From the IMG/VR virus record IMGVR_UViG_3300027969_000053: a stretch of DNA of 64,000 bases. One strand, given 5' to 3'. This stretch comes from an uncultured virus (IMG/VR IMGVR_UViG_3300027969_000053). Lineage: Duplodnaviria > Heunggongvirae > Uroviricota > Caudoviricetes. How positions within the stretch are numbered: the stretch's first letter is position 1; each line of letters starts with the position of its first letter. A model generated the notes under the pieces. That model saw nothing but the letters and a program-made list of their open reading frames with translations. It was not told the DNA's origin and made no database searches. Shown one piece after another: positions 44,442 through 55,726 of the stretch. A program made the translations under genes and the position numbers.

Positions 44442-44942
44442 ATGAAAATTGGTTTTAATTGTAGTTCATTTGATTTGTTTCACGCTGGGCACGTTACTAT
44501 GCTTAAAATGGAAAAAGAATTATGCGATTACTTAAAAGTTGCACTTCAAGTTGATCCGACCGTAGATCGTCCTGGCATTAAAAATAAACCAGTACAATCT
44601 GCTTACGAACGTTATGTTCAACTTCAAGGATGCAAGTATGTTGATGAAATCCTTGTTTATGAAACAGAAGAAGATCTTCTTAATTTAATTCAATCCCAAA
44701 CAATTCATATAAGATTTTTGAGTGAAGAATATAAAGATAGAGATTTTACTGGTAAGCAATATTGTATTGATAATGGTATAGAATTATTCTTTCATTTAAG
44801 AAGGCACAAATATTCTTCAACTGAAATTAGAACTAGAGTTCATCATCTTGAAGAACAAAAAAGAATAAAAAAATTAGAAGAAAATGTAATAGAACAATAT
44901 TCCCCAGAAATTTTAGAAAAATATTCTTTTAAAGATAATTAA
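44442..44942 (+). CDS. cytidylyltransferase (TagD-like)
   Basis: SSFDLFHAGH, CKYVDE, YSSTEIR. Confidence 0.88.
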   Translation: MKIGFNCSSFDLFHAGHVTMLKMEKELCDYLKVALQVDPTVDRPGIKNKPVQSAYERYVQLQGCKYVDEILVYETEEDLLNLIQSQTIHIRFLSEEYKDRDFTGKQYCIDNGIELFFHLRRHKYSSTEIRTRVHHLEEQKRIKKLEENVIEQYSPEILEKYSFKDN

Positions 44943-44944
44943 CT

Positions 44945-45865
44945 ATGACAATTTTAGTGACTGGTGGGTGTGGATTTATTGGCAGTAATTTTATTCACCA
45001 TTTAAAAAAGAGAACAAGTGAAAAAATCATTTGTATTGATAAAATGACTTATGCTGCTGATTATGGAAATATTTCAAATTTAGATATTGAATTATATCCA
45101 CTTGATATTAATAATTCGGATTATGTATTTAAAGAAAATAAAATTAAAACCGTCTATCATTTTGCTGCGGAAAGTCACGTAGATAATTCAATTAAAAGTT
45201 GCTCCGAATTTATCAATACTAATATTAATGGAACAGTCAATCTTTTGAATCTTTCTATGAAATATAATGTTGAGAAGTTTATTCATATTTCTACGGATGA
45301 AGTTTATGGTTCAATTGAACACGGTAAATTTACGGAGACAACAACATATAATCCAAGAAATCCATATTCAGCATCAAAAGCTGCAAGTGATCATTTTGTG
45401 ATGGCTTACCATAATACTTACGGTCTTCCTGCTATCATTACAAATTGTTCAAATAACTATGGACCAAGACAGCACGAAGAAAAATTAATTCCAAAGACAA
45501 TTAAAAATTTAATGATGGGGAATAAAGTTCCTATCTATGGTGATGGGCAACAAATTCGTGATTGGTTATATGTTCAAGACCATTGTGAGGCAATTTTAGT
45601 TGTGGCAGAAAAAGGAAAGTTTGGTGAAAAATATAATATTGGTGGAGAATGTGAAGTCAAAAATCTTGATTTGATAAAAAATATTCTTAATATTATGAAA
45701 AAAGACGAAGATATGATAGAATATGTGAAGGACCGTCCAGGGCACGACCGTAGATATTCAACTGATATTACTAAAATACAAACTGAACTTGGTTGGTCTC
45801 CTAGATTTAATTTAGAACAAGGATTGGAAAAAACCATTGAATGGTATAAAAGTCATTTACAATAA
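44945..45865 (+). CDS. rfbB: dTDP-glucose 4,6-dehydratase
   Basis: GGCGFIG, AAESHVDNS, STDEVYG, YSASK, DRPGHDRRY. Confidence 0.93.
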   Translation: MTILVTGGCGFIGSNFIHHLKKRTSEKIICIDKMTYAADYGNISNLDIELYPLDINNSDYVFKENKIKTVYHFAAESHVDNSIKSCSEFINTNINGTVNLLNLSMKYNVEKFIHISTDEVYGSIEHGKFTETTTYNPRNPYSASKAASDHFVMAYHNTYGLPAIITNCSNNYGPRQHEEKLIPKTIKNLMMGNKVPIYGDGQQIRDWLYVQDHCEAILVVAEKGKFGEKYNIGGECEVKNLDLIKNILNIMKKDEDMIEYVKDRPGHDRRYSTDITKIQTELGWSPRFNLEQGLEKTIEWYKSHLQ

Positions 45866-45913
45866 AGGCATTTTAAACTAAAATACATAGTACATACACT
45901 AATAAGTTAATTT

Positions 45914-46960
45914 ATGAGTCAATATAAAAAAACTGCACTTGTTCTTGGTGCGGGTGGCTTTATTGGAAGTCATATGGTAAAACGATTGAGATCCGAAGGA
46001 TATTGGGTCACCGGAGTAGATGTTAAACTCCCAGAATATTCTAAAAGTGAAGCAAATGAATTCATCCTTGGAGATTTGACAAATCAATTATTTACTGATA
46101 AAGTAATAATGTTTAAAGGATATCAACAAAACTTTTATAAATTTGTCCCATCCAAATACATATCAGCATTTGATGAAATATATCAATTTGCCGCTGATAT
46201 GGGAGGTGCTGGATATATTTTTACTGGAGAAAACGATGCTGATGTGATGAACAATTCTTGTTCTATCAATTTGAATATTCTTCGCTCGGTTAAAAATTTA
46301 AATGACAATCTTGGCGTGAATAAAACAAAAATATTTTATTCGTCATCAGCGTGTATGTATCCAGAGCACAATCAATTAGATCCTAATAATCCAAACTGCC
46401 GTGAAGAATCTGCTTATCCCGCTAGCCCAGACTCTGAATATGGATGGGAAAAACTTTTTTCAGAACGTCTTTACTTTGCGTACAATAGGAATTATAATAT
46501 ACCTGTGCGTGTATGTCGCTACCATAACATCTTTGGCCCCGAAGGGACCTGGAAAGGCGGAAAAGAAAAATCCCCAGCAGCAATTTGTCGCAAAGTAGCA
46601 GAACTTCCTGATCTTGGTGGATCCATTGAAGTTTGGGGTGATGGGGAGCAAACTCGTTCGTTCCTTTATATCAATGAATGTATTGAAGCGACACGAAGAT
46701 TGATGGAATCTGATTTTATGGGACCAGTCAATATTGGATCTGAAGAGATGGTAACAATCAATCAACTTGTGGATATTACTGCTAAAGTTTCCAGCAAAAC
46801 AGTACAGAAAAGATATAAATTGGATGCTCCCCTTGGTGTCCGTGGTCGTAATTCTAATAATGACTTAATTCGTAAAGAACTCGGTTGGGATTATAGTATG
46901 ACTTTAGAAGAGGGTATTACAAAAACTTACAAATGGATTGAGGAACAATTAAATGGTTGA
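45914..46960 (+). CDS. GDP-mannose 3,5-epimerase-like SDR
   Basis: AADMGGAGYI, SSSACMYP, YGWEK, GGKEKSPAA, GVRGRNS. Confidence 0.85.
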   Translation: MSQYKKTALVLGAGGFIGSHMVKRLRSEGYWVTGVDVKLPEYSKSEANEFILGDLTNQLFTDKVIMFKGYQQNFYKFVPSKYISAFDEIYQFAADMGGAGYIFTGENDADVMNNSCSINLNILRSVKNLNDNLGVNKTKIFYSSSACMYPEHNQLDPNNPNCREESAYPASPDSEYGWEKLFSERLYFAYNRNYNIPVRVCRYHNIFGPEGTWKGGKEKSPAAICRKVAELPDLGGSIEVWGDGEQTRSFLYINECIEATRRLMESDFMGPVNIGSEEMVTINQLVDITAKVSSKTVQKRYKLDAPLGVRGRNSNNDLIRKELGWDYSMTLEEGITKTYKWIEEQLNG

Positions 46961-47606
46961 AAATTTTTCTTGGAGTGATAATAGAAGAGAAGATTGGAGA
47001 GATTATGTCCGTTCTTTGGAAAATGATAATATAAGTGAAATTCTTGGAGCAATTCCATCAGGATGGAATGTACCACCAAAAAGTCATAATGAATTTGTGA
47101 TTTGGTTGATGAATAGAATTGATCCAAAATTAACTGTAGAACTTGGAGTTGATTGGGGATATTCATCTTTTATGCTTGCTTTGAATACAAAAAATGAGGT
47201 TGTTGGTATTGATTGTTTTGATATTTCAAAACATAGTTTAAGAAAAGATGATGACTATCAATTTGTTATGGACATAAAAGAAAAACTAAAACTTGATAAC
47301 TTAGAAATTATTAAAGGATATTTTGACGATGTAGCAAAAACTTGGAATAAAGAAATCAATCTTCTTCATATTGATGGTCTTCACGATTATAATAATTGTA
47401 AAAATGATTGCGATACCTGGGCGCCATTTTTGGAAGAAAGAGGTGTAGTATTATTCCACGATACTATTTCAAATCCAGATGGAGTTGGACTTTTCTTTTC
47501 TCAACTTGAACTTCCAAAAGTGAATTTTACCAATTCTTGTGGATTGGGTGTTGCTTCAAATGATGTTAAATTGATTGAAGAAATTAAACAAGTTTTTAAA
47601 CTATGA
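46953..47606 (+). CDS. class I SAM-dependent methyltransferase
   Basis: VELGVDWGYS, LLHIDGLHDY, VLFHD. Confidence 0.85.
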   Translation: MVENFSWSDNRREDWRDYVRSLENDNISEILGAIPSGWNVPPKSHNEFVIWLMNRIDPKLTVELGVDWGYSSFMLALNTKNEVVGIDCFDISKHSLRKDDDYQFVMDIKEKLKLDNLEIIKGYFDDVAKTWNKEINLLHIDGLHDYNNCKNDCDTWAPFLEERGVVLFHDTISNPDGVGLFFSQLELPKVNFTNSCGLGVASNDVKLIEEIKQVFKL

Positions 47607-48139
47607 TTAAACTTATAATCCTTGATGTGGATGGTGTTCTTACTGATGGCACCAAATATTATGATCATGATGGGAAAGTAGTTCTTAAACTTTTCTGTGA
47701 TAAGGATTGGACTGCAATTAAAAGGTTTCGTGCTATTGGAATTCCAGTTGTTTTTATAACTGGCGATCCTTATAATGAGATCATTCTTAAGAATAGAAAT
47801 CTCCCTGTTGTAGTGAATCGTGGCGAAGGATTTCATAAAGACAAAGTAAATTATCTTGCAGAAGTTCTTGATGATTACAATTGTCTTGTAGAAGAAGTTG
47901 TTTATCTTGGAGATGATCTTTTTGATTATGGTATAATGAGAGAGGTTGGATATCCTTATTGTGTGTTAAATTCACCAAGAACTCTTCAAGACATTTCTGT
48001 AGTTCTTCACTGTAATGGTGGAGAAAATGCAGTGATGTGTTTGTTTGAATATCTGGAGGATAGAGAATTGATTCCGGTTGTTCCTTATGATGAGGTAATG
48101 TCTAAAATTTATGAACTTGACTTGAAGGAAAACTTTTAA
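47603..48139 (+). CDS. KdsC-like HAD phosphatase
   Basis: LDVDGVLTDG, YLGDDLFD, GGENAV. Confidence 0.85.
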   Translation: MIKLIILDVDGVLTDGTKYYDHDGKVVLKLFCDKDWTAIKRFRAIGIPVVFITGDPYNEIILKNRNLPVVVNRGEGFHKDKVNYLAEVLDDYNCLVEEVVYLGDDLFDYGIMREVGYPYCVLNSPRTLQDISVVLHCNGGENAVMCLFEYLEDRELIPVVPYDEVMSKIYELDLKENF

Positions 48140-48810
48140 TGAAAGACATTTCTCTTTATGGGCATCTGACTATTGATACGATTCTTGACGGTAATTCTGA
48201 AAAGAAAAGTTTAGGATCAATGGCAAATGTTTGGAGATCTTTACTTGAGATTGATTCAACATTAAATATTGGACTTTCTCCAATTGATGTTGGTCAAGCA
48301 CTTGTTTATATTGATAAACTTTCAGCACAAAGGTATTCAAAAGCAAATTTAAATCTAGTTCAACACAAAGTAAAAATCTTCGAATCAAAAGTTCACCATC
48401 TAATTTATCTCAATGAAATGTCTATTCATGATTTTATTCCAAAACTGAATGGTATTATCACTGCAGATATATGTTCTGGAAAATCATTGAATAAAGATTT
48501 ACTTAAGGGTGTAGATTATCTTTTTATTTCTGATGAAGATATTGATGGCAATCTTTCAGATTACGTGAATACAATAAAGGGGTATGTGATACTTCATAGT
48601 TCATCAGGAAGCATTGTATCAAATGGAAAAGATGAGTTTTTCTATAAACTGCCTAAAGATTTAATACTGAAAGGTGTTAATGTTCTTGGTGCTGGTGATA
48701 CATTTGCGTCTTGTTTCTTATATAAATTACTAAGGAATGAAGGAAGCATCCACAACTGGATCGAATTTGCTCATTTAAAGACAACTGAAATTATTAGGAA
48801 TTCGATATGA
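48139..48810 (+). CDS. PfkB/ribokinase-family sugar kinase
   Basis: GHLTID and VLGAGDTFA. Confidence 0.78.
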   Translation: MKDISLYGHLTIDTILDGNSEKKSLGSMANVWRSLLEIDSTLNIGLSPIDVGQALVYIDKLSAQRYSKANLNLVQHKVKIFESKVHHLIYLNEMSIHDFIPKLNGIITADICSGKSLNKDLLKGVDYLFISDEDIDGNLSDYVNTIKGYVILHSSSGSIVSNGKDEFFYKLPKDLILKGVNVLGAGDTFASCFLYKLLRNEGSIHNWIEFAHLKTTEIIRNSI

Positions 48811-49964
48811 AACCAAATATTCTTGTTCCGATGGCGGGACTTGGTAGTAGATTTATTAAAGAAGGATTTAAAGTACCAAAGCAGTTAATTAATATCAAAG
48901 ACAAACATCTAATTGATATTTCGCTTGATTGTTTGAACTATGAAGATTGTAATCTAATCTTCGTGGTTAGGGATGAAACTGTTTATAATTTTCATATTGA
49001 TGAACTCCTAAAGAAAAAGTTTGGTGAAGATATCAAGATTGTTATTATTGATAAACTTACTGATGGATCTGTGAGCAGTTGTCTGTATGCAGAAGAATAT
49101 ATTGATAATGATGCGCCTCTTGTAATTCATACTCTAGATATTGAATTCCGTCCAGTATTTGATCCGCATACTATTAATAACTTGAATGCAGATGGACTCC
49201 TTTTGACATTTAAATCAAATTCTGCAAATTATAGTTATGCTGATGTTAATGAAGATGGATATGTAAAAAGAACTGCTGAAAAGAAAGCAATTAGTTCTAA
49301 TGCCTGTGTTGGTATCTATGGATTCAAAAAAGGATCCGACTTCTGCAAGTATGCAAAGGAAATGATCGAAAGAGATATTAGAACTAATAATGAGTTTTAT
49401 ATTGCACCTTTGTATAATCTTCTTATTGATGATTGTAAGAAAATCGTTACTTCGGATGTAGATAAAATGCATGTATTTGGAACTCCTGATGAGTTTCATT
49501 TCTACAAAGAAAATGTCATTCGTAAGGTTGGTGATAAACCAATTGCTATTTGCTCAGACCATTCTGGATTTGAATCAAAGGAAAAGTTTAAACATATTCT
49601 AGAAAAACACAATCTTGAGTATATTGATTTTGGAACTATCTTGAATAAGGATTGTGATTATAGTGATTATATTGCACAAGCAGTTAAAGCAATTGCTGAG
49701 CGTGATTGTGATTATGGATTTGGTTTCTGTAGAACAGGTCAAGGTGTGAATATTTGTGCTAACAAATACAAAGGTATTCGTTCAGCACTTATCTATGATG
49801 ATTTCTCTATGGAGATGGCAATCCGACATAATTGTGCTAACTTTTTTGCAATTCCTGCAAAAGATTATACTATCGAAAAAATGGATAAGTATTTGGAAAT
49901 CTGTTCTACTCATAACTTTGATGGCGGTCGTCATCAGGTTCGTATTCAGGAATTAGAAAAATGA
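48807..49964 (+). CDS. nucleotidyltransferase fused to a RpiB/LacAB isomerase domain
   Basis: PMAGLGSRF..PKQLI, NEFYIAP, FGTPDE; then SDHSG, CRTGQG, FDGGRH. Confidence 0.85.
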   Translation: MKPNILVPMAGLGSRFIKEGFKVPKQLINIKDKHLIDISLDCLNYEDCNLIFVVRDETVYNFHIDELLKKKFGEDIKIVIIDKLTDGSVSSCLYAEEYIDNDAPLVIHTLDIEFRPVFDPHTINNLNADGLLLTFKSNSANYSYADVNEDGYVKRTAEKKAISSNACVGIYGFKKGSDFCKYAKEMIERDIRTNNEFYIAPLYNLLIDDCKKIVTSDVDKMHVFGTPDEFHFYKENVIRKVGDKPIAICSDHSGFESKEKFKHILEKHNLEYIDFGTILNKDCDYSDYIAQAVKAIAERDCDYGFGFCRTGQGVNICANKYKGIRSALIYDDFSMEMAIRHNCANFFAIPAKDYTIEKMDKYLEICSTHNFDGGRHQVRIQELEK

Positions 49965-50281
49965 TTCAAGCAAATATTGTTGACTTTAAAGCAGGATGGT
50001 TTGTTGGGGACTTTGAACCATCTATTTTTAAGAATCCATTTTTTGAAGTTGCACACCATTCTCACACAAAAGGTCAACAAACTTTTCCTCATTACCATGC
50101 AGTCACTAATGAACTTAACTACATTGTAAAAGGTGAACTAATAGTATCTGGAAAGCATTTGAATGCAGGTAATATGTGGATCTATGAACCAAAGGAAATT
50201 TCTGATGTTGAGTTCTTGAGTGATGTTGATCTTATAGTAGTGAGATGGCCGTCTATTCCTTCGGATAAGTATATGGTATGA
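49961..50281 (+). CDS. cupin-domain protein
   Basis: GWFVGDFEP, HYH...E.NYIVKG. Confidence 0.75.
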   Translation: MIQANIVDFKAGWFVGDFEPSIFKNPFFEVAHHSHTKGQQTFPHYHAVTNELNYIVKGELIVSGKHLNAGNMWIYEPKEISDVEFLSDVDLIVVRWPSIPSDKYMV

Positions 50282-50745
50282 AACTGATAGCACATAGAGG
50301 TAATATTGTAGGACCTAATCCTCTAGAGGAGAATAAACTAGAATACATTGAAGCAGCAATTGCAGGTGGATATGATGTTGAGATTGATGTAAGATGGGAA
50401 GATCATCAGTTTTATTTGGGACATGATGGACCACAATATTATGTCCCTATGACTTGGTTAGTTAAAAGAAAAGATAAACTTTGGATTCATTGTAAAGATT
50501 TTAAATCTTTGAATATTTTTTCTAATAGTCCAATAGATTTTAACTTTTTTTGGCATGAAAACGATAAGTATACTTTGACTAGTAAAGGTTATATTTGGAC
50601 TTATCCTGGGCAATTATTTGAAAATAATTCTGTTATTGTAATGCCAGAAGTATTCGACTTGCAAAATATTCAAGATAATGGTACAATAGCATACAGCAAA
50701 AAATCTTTTGCTGTATGTAGTGACTATGTGGAAAAATTTAAATGA
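50278..50745 (+). CDS. glycerophosphodiester-phosphodiesterase-like protein
   Basis: IAHRGN, EN, VEIDV, LGHD, WIHCK. Confidence 0.78.
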   Translation: MKLIAHRGNIVGPNPLEENKLEYIEAAIAGGYDVEIDVRWEDHQFYLGHDGPQYYVPMTWLVKRKDKLWIHCKDFKSLNIFSNSPIDFNFFWHENDKYTLTSKGYIWTYPGQLFENNSVIVMPEVFDLQNIQDNGTIAYSKKSFAVCSDYVEKFK

Positions 50746-51353
50746 CATCTACGATTTCCCCAGTATTTAAAGAATTAAAACAATATGATAAAATTAATGT
50801 TATAGATGTTGGATCTGCAAGAGCATCTTTTTTGGTAGAATTGGAAAAATCCTTTGATCTAAAAAATGTTTATTCTATAGGAATTGATCCAATTGATTAT
50901 GGAGTAGAATCTCATTATGATAAGTTTTATCGTGTTTGTCTGGATGACGTTAAAACTCCTCAAAAGCAAATATTTTATAACGATGATCAATCCTCTTCGC
51001 TGCTTTCTTCCAAAGGTGAAAAAATGGGCTTGGTTGACATTTTAAATATCAATAGCATTATCGATGTTGATATACCAGAAAATATTATACATTTTATTAA
51101 AATAGATGCAGAAGGAAAGGATTTGTCTATTGTAAAATCTTTATCAAAACAAAATTTAAATAGAACAAAATTTATTGCAATAGAATGTCCAAATAAAATT
51201 CCAAGATATGATGGCGAATATATTAAAAAAGATTGTATTGAATATTTTAATTCTATAAATTTTGAATTTTTTTATGAATACGATACTAATATTGAATCTT
51301 GGAACAAATCAGATTTGAGTGATGTCGTTTTTATAAACAAACGAGAATTATGA
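50742..51353 (+). CDS. FkbM-family methyltransferase
   Basis: VIDVGS, FIKIDAEG. Confidence 0.72.
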   Translation: MTSTISPVFKELKQYDKINVIDVGSARASFLVELEKSFDLKNVYSIGIDPIDYGVESHYDKFYRVCLDDVKTPQKQIFYNDDQSSSLLSSKGEKMGLVDILNINSIIDVDIPENIIHFIKIDAEGKDLSIVKSLSKQNLNRTKFIAIECPNKIPRYDGEYIKKDCIEYFNSINFEFFYEYDTNIESWNKSDLSDVVFINKREL

Positions 51354-52090
51354 AAGTAGCATTATGTTTATCCGGTCAACCAAGAGTAGTTGACATTGGG
51401 TTTCAAAAACTAAGCCAATCAATTCTTCAGCACAATGATGTTGATGTGTTTATTCATACTTGGTTTGATCCTGAAAATCTTAGTACAAATTCTGTCATTC
51501 CTGGCAGAGAATCTCATAGGTTAGATCCTCAAGCAATTGATAAATTGATTCATTATTATCAACCAAAACGCATTATGGTTGAAAAACCAAAAAAGTGGTC
51601 AAAAAGATATGAGTTTCCTGATAAGGTTTTTACACATTCGCATACTTGGGCACTTGAAGTTCCTGTAGGATTGGAAGCGGCAAAAGATTATATTTGTGAT
51701 ACTACAAATAGTATGTTTTATAGTATTATGATGTCAAATCTTTTGAAGGAGCAATATTCAACAGAAATCGGAATTGAATATGATTTAGTAATTCGAAATA
51801 GAATTGACTATTCTCCTCATGTAGTGCTAAAATTGAATGAGATTCCAATAGATGATTGTACACTAATATATCAAGATCTATATCAACCTGATGGTATGAT
51901 TAGTGATTGGTTTGGTATGGGATCAACAAACACTATGAATGTTTTTTGTGGCGTATATAATCAAATAGGTCATCTCATCCGACAATCAAATGAAGTTGAT
52001 GGATATTGGTGCAATGAACTTCTTCTTAAACATCATATCAAAAATAATAAAATTAAAACAAATCCTATAGACTATCAAGTTCACTATTAA
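51350..52090 (+). CDS. glycan-related hypothetical protein
   Basis: [28 protein letters not shown]. Confidence 0.65.
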   Translation: MKVALCLSGQPRVVDIGFQKLSQSILQHNDVDVFIHTWFDPENLSTNSVIPGRESHRLDPQAIDKLIHYYQPKRIMVEKPKKWSKRYEFPDKVFTHSHTWALEVPVGLEAAKDYICDTTNSMFYSIMMSNLLKEQYSTEIGIEYDLVIRNRIDYSPHVVLKLNEIPIDDCTLIYQDLYQPDGMISDWFGMGSTNTMNVFCGVYNQIGHLIRQSNEVDGYWCNELLLKHHIKNNKIKTNPIDYQVHY

Positions 52091-52091
52091 C

Positions 52092-53117
52092 ATGAAGAAA
52101 GCACTTATTACTGGCATTACTGGTCAAGATGGATCATATCTTGCGGATTTACTTTTGAGCAAAGGATATGAAGTTCATGGAATTATTCGTAGAAATTCAA
52201 CATCAGATTGTACTGATAGAATTAATTATCTTTTAGGAAATCCCAAAATCACTTTACATTACGGAGATCTAACTGATTTCTCAAATATTACATCTATCAT
52301 TCAAGAAACTCGTCCTGATGAGATCTATAATCTTGCAGCACAAAGTCATGTAAAAGTATCTTTTTCCAATGCACTTTATACTGCTGATGTAGATGCTTTA
52401 GGTGTTTGTCGTATTCTTGAAGCACTACGAATTCTTGGCATGATTAATACGACCAAGTTTTATCAGGCAAGCACTTCAGAAATGTATGGTCTTGTTCAAG
52501 AAATTCCTCAACGTGAAGGTACAAAATTTCATCCAAGATCTCCTTATGGTGTGGCAAAACTTTATGCTTATTGGATTACTAAAAACTATCGTGAAGCATA
52601 TGGTTTGTTTGGATGTAACGGAATTCTTTTTAATCATGAAAGTCCTCGTCGCGGAGAAACTTTTGTGACTCGTAAGATTACTAAAACTCTTGCAGAGATC
52701 AAGAATGGTAAACGTAGTCTACCATTAGAACTTGGTAATATAGACGCAAAACGTGATTGGGGTCATGCAAAAGATTATGTGGAGGCAATGTGGTTAATAC
52801 TTCAACGTAATAAACCAGATGATTATGTTGTTGCAATGGGTGAACAGCATTCTGTTCGTGAATTTGTTGAGATTGCCTGTGAACATTTTGGATTTGATAT
52901 TGAATGGAAAGGAGAGGGAATAGAGGAGGTGGCAGTCTTTAGAAATACAAATAATGTTCTTATAAAAATTAATTCAGAATTTTATCGTCCTGCTGAAGTT
53001 GATTCTCTTGTTGGTGATTCTAGTTATACTAAAAGCAGAATTGGTTGGATTCCCAGATACTCTTTTTCTGATCTTGTAACGGAAATGTGCGATAGTGATT
53101 TGGAGGCAACAAAGTGA
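52092..53117 (+). CDS. gmd: GDP-mannose 4,6-dehydratase
   Basis: [44 protein letters not shown]. Confidence 0.95.
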   Translation: MKKALITGITGQDGSYLADLLLSKGYEVHGIIRRNSTSDCTDRINYLLGNPKITLHYGDLTDFSNITSIIQETRPDEIYNLAAQSHVKVSFSNALYTADVDALGVCRILEALRILGMINTTKFYQASTSEMYGLVQEIPQREGTKFHPRSPYGVAKLYAYWITKNYREAYGLFGCNGILFNHESPRRGETFVTRKITKTLAEIKNGKRSLPLELGNIDAKRDWGHAKDYVEAMWLILQRNKPDDYVVAMGEQHSVREFVEIACEHFGFDIEWKGEGIEEVAVFRNTNNVLIKINSEFYRPAEVDSLVGDSSYTKSRIGWIPRYSFSDLVTEMCDSDLEATK

Positions 53118-54043
53118 AGAAAAGGATTGTATTTTGGGTAGAAAATAAACCATATCAAACTTTTTCTTACATCTATGCTGGAATGAAAAAAGCATTTGAA
53201 AGATTGGGTTGTGAAACATATTGGTTTAGTGATTCTAATTATCCTTCAAAATTGGAGTTTGATTACTCGGATTGTATTTTTTTTGTAGATAATCAAGGTC
53301 CACTTGATTGGAATGTTCCTATTATTGATAGTGGAATTTATTTTTCTTATGATAAATTTACAAATCTGGATAAGTATCTTGATAAGGTCAAGTGTCTTGT
53401 GAATTATCGAGTTGCTGAATTCAAAAAACCAATTCCGGATAATGATAGGTATATTGAAGTTGAAAAAGGAGTTACTTTTGATACTCAAGCACCAGAACCT
53501 TATAATGTTGTTTATTTTAGTTGGGCAACTAATTTGCTTCCTGATGAAATTGATTTTGATTGGGCCAATAAACAGAGAAATGATGAATATAATTTTGTTG
53601 GTACTATTCATTCTCCCCGTCCAAATTCCAAACCCCTTCATCAAGATTTTATTGATATTGTAAAAAATAAAAATATTACATTCAATCATTATAATCCTAA
53701 TATTAATCCTGCAACTGATCAGGAACATATTGAGATTCTTCAAAAATCGATGTTTGTTCCAGATTTTAGACCACAAGAACAAAAAGATAATTGGTATGTT
53801 TCATGTCGTGTTTTGAAGGCAATTAGTTATGGTTGTCTTACTGTTTCGGATTCTTCTTATCTTAAACACTTTATTGATGATAGTCTTTTGGTTTCTGAAA
53901 ATGCTCAAGAAATATTTGATCTTGGAATGAGAAATCAGTATAATAAAGATTTAATTGTACATCAAATGGAAATTATAAAAAGAGATCATACTTATTTAAA
54001 TAGGTGCAAAGGTATTCTTCAAATCGTAGAAAATATAAAATGA
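53114..54043 (+). CDS. putative glycosyltransferase (GT-B-like)
   Basis: [17 protein letters not shown]; island context. Confidence 0.6.
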   Translation: MKKRIVFWVENKPYQTFSYIYAGMKKAFERLGCETYWFSDSNYPSKLEFDYSDCIFFVDNQGPLDWNVPIIDSGIYFSYDKFTNLDKYLDKVKCLVNYRVAEFKKPIPDNDRYIEVEKGVTFDTQAPEPYNVVYFSWATNLLPDEIDFDWANKQRNDEYNFVGTIHSPRPNSKPLHQDFIDIVKNKNITFNHYNPNINPATDQEHIEILQKSMFVPDFRPQEQKDNWYVSCRVLKAISYGCLTVSDSSYLKHFIDDSLLVSENAQEIFDLGMRNQYNKDLIVHQMEIIKRDHTYLNRCKGILQIVENIK

Positions 54044-54897
54044 AAATTACAATTTTAGGTTCCAGTGGACAGATCGGTGCCTATCTTACCGAGTATCTGC
54101 GTAAAAAAGGACATGTAGTTGAAGAGTTTGATGTAGTTAATGGACCTTCACAGGATATGACCGTAATTCCTAATCAATATCTTGAAATAAAAATTAGAGA
54201 TTCTGATTTTGTATTCTTCCTTGCATTTGATGTGGGTGGATCACGTTATCTTAAAAAGTATCAACATACTTTCCAGTTCATTGATAATAATACTCGTTTG
54301 ATGGCAAATGCTTTTGGATTTCTTCAAAAGTATAATAAGAGGTTCATCTTTGCCTCATCTCAGATGAGTAACATGAGTTATTCTCCTTATGGAGTTCTCA
54401 AGAACGTTGGTGAACTGTATACCAAATCACTTAAAGGACTGATCGTTAAGTTTTGGAATGTTTATGGTATTGAGAAAGATCAAGAAAAAGCACACGTCAT
54501 CACAGACTTTATTCGTAAAGGATTTGAGACTGGTTTGATTGATATGCTTACTGATGGCGAAGAGGAACGTGAGTTTCTTTATGCTGAAGATTGTTGTGAA
54601 GCACTTGAAACCATTATGGAGAATTATACTGACTTTACCTCAGAAGATAATCTTCATATTACTAGTTACCATCCAACTAAGATTATTGATATTGCAAATA
54701 TGATTATTGGGCAATTTAATTTGATTGGTAAGTATGATATAAAACTTCAACCATCTACCGAAAAAGATAGTGTTCAGATGGATAAAAAGAATCGTCCAGA
54801 TTTATATCTTTCTAAGTGGTGGATTCCCAAAACAACAATAGATCAAGGAATTTCAAAAGTTTTTAAAAGTATGGAGAAAAATTATGTTAGCGTGTAA
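54040..54897 (+). CDS. NAD-dependent epimerase/dehydratase
   Basis: GSSGQIG, YGVLK, REFLYAED. Confidence 0.85.
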   Translation: MKITILGSSGQIGAYLTEYLRKKGHVVEEFDVVNGPSQDMTVIPNQYLEIKIRDSDFVFFLAFDVGGSRYLKKYQHTFQFIDNNTRLMANAFGFLQKYNKRFIFASSQMSNMSYSPYGVLKNVGELYTKSLKGLIVKFWNVYGIEKDQEKAHVITDFIRKGFETGLIDMLTDGEEEREFLYAEDCCEALETIMENYTDFTSEDNLHITSYHPTKIIDIANMIIGQFNLIGKYDIKLQPSTEKDSVQMDKKNRPDLYLSKWWIPKTTIDQGISKVFKSMEKNYVSV

Positions 54898-55726
54898 TCA
54901 ACTTGGCAATAATGGAAGACTTGGGAATCAAATGTTCCAATATGCTGCACTAAAAGGTATCGCACATCGTAGAGGATTTGATTATTGTATTCCCCCATTT
55001 GACCAACAAGGAATTGATAATTATGGACTTGGTGATGCCTTTAATATTAAATCTTTTACTGGTATAGCAAATCTTCCATCAGTTGGAGAACCTCATTTTC
55101 ATTACAGTGAAGAATTTCACAATACTTGTCCAGATGATGTTACTCTTGTTGGATATTTCCAAACTGAAAAATATTTCAAAGATATTGAAGACCAAATCCG
55201 CCAAGACTTTATTTTTAGAGATGAATGGATGGAACCCTGTAAGGGGTTTCTTCAAGAGTTTGAGGGACAAGAGATCGCTTTCCTTCATGTTCGCCGTGGA
55301 GATCCAAATCTAGTGGATCGTAGGGGATTTAAATGGGCATACGTGAATTGTTCCGATCAACATCCAGTTCAATCTTTGGAATATTATGAGGAGGCAATCA
55401 AGAGATTGCCAGAAGATATGCCGATACTTGTTTTTTCTGATTCAATTGAATGGTGTAAAGAACAAGAATTCTTTCAACCAGATAGATTTTTATTTTCGGA
55501 ATCAGAAGACAAATATTCAGATGGCGCTTTGGTTCCATATGTTGATTTGTGCTTGATGTCCTTGTGTGATCATGCTATAATTGCTAATAGTAGTATGAGT
55601 TGGTGGGGTGCTTGGTTGATGAAAAATCCAAACAAAAAAGTAATCGCACCAAAAATGTGGTTTGGAACAGCATATTCTCACCACATCACAAAAGACATTT
55701 ACTGCGATAATTGGGAGATTATTTGA
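54884..55726 (+). CDS. GT11 alpha-1,2-fucosyltransferase-like protein
   Basis: GRLGNQMFQYA, GYFQ, HVRRGD, IANSSMSWWGA. Confidence 0.9.
   Translation: MLACNQLGNNGRLGNQMFQYAALKGIAHRRGFDYCIPPFDQQGIDNYGLGDAFNIKSFTGIANLPSVGEPHFHYSEEFHNTCPDDVTLVGYFQTEKYFKDIEDQIRQDFIFRDEWMEPCKGFLQEFEGQEIAFLHVRRGDPNLVDRRGFKWAYVNCSDQHPVQSLEYYEEAIKRLPEDMPILVFSDSIEWCKEQEFFQPDRFLFSESEDKYSDGALVPYVDLCLMSLCDHAIIANSSMSWWGAWLMKNPNKKVIAPKMWFGTAYSHHITKDIYCDNWEII

Noticed and set aside
53246..53782. Long minus-strand ORFs opposite clear genes (also 24300..24767, 8864..9265, 57942..58382)
   Set aside because: Antisense shadows with no recognisable motifs or expression signals
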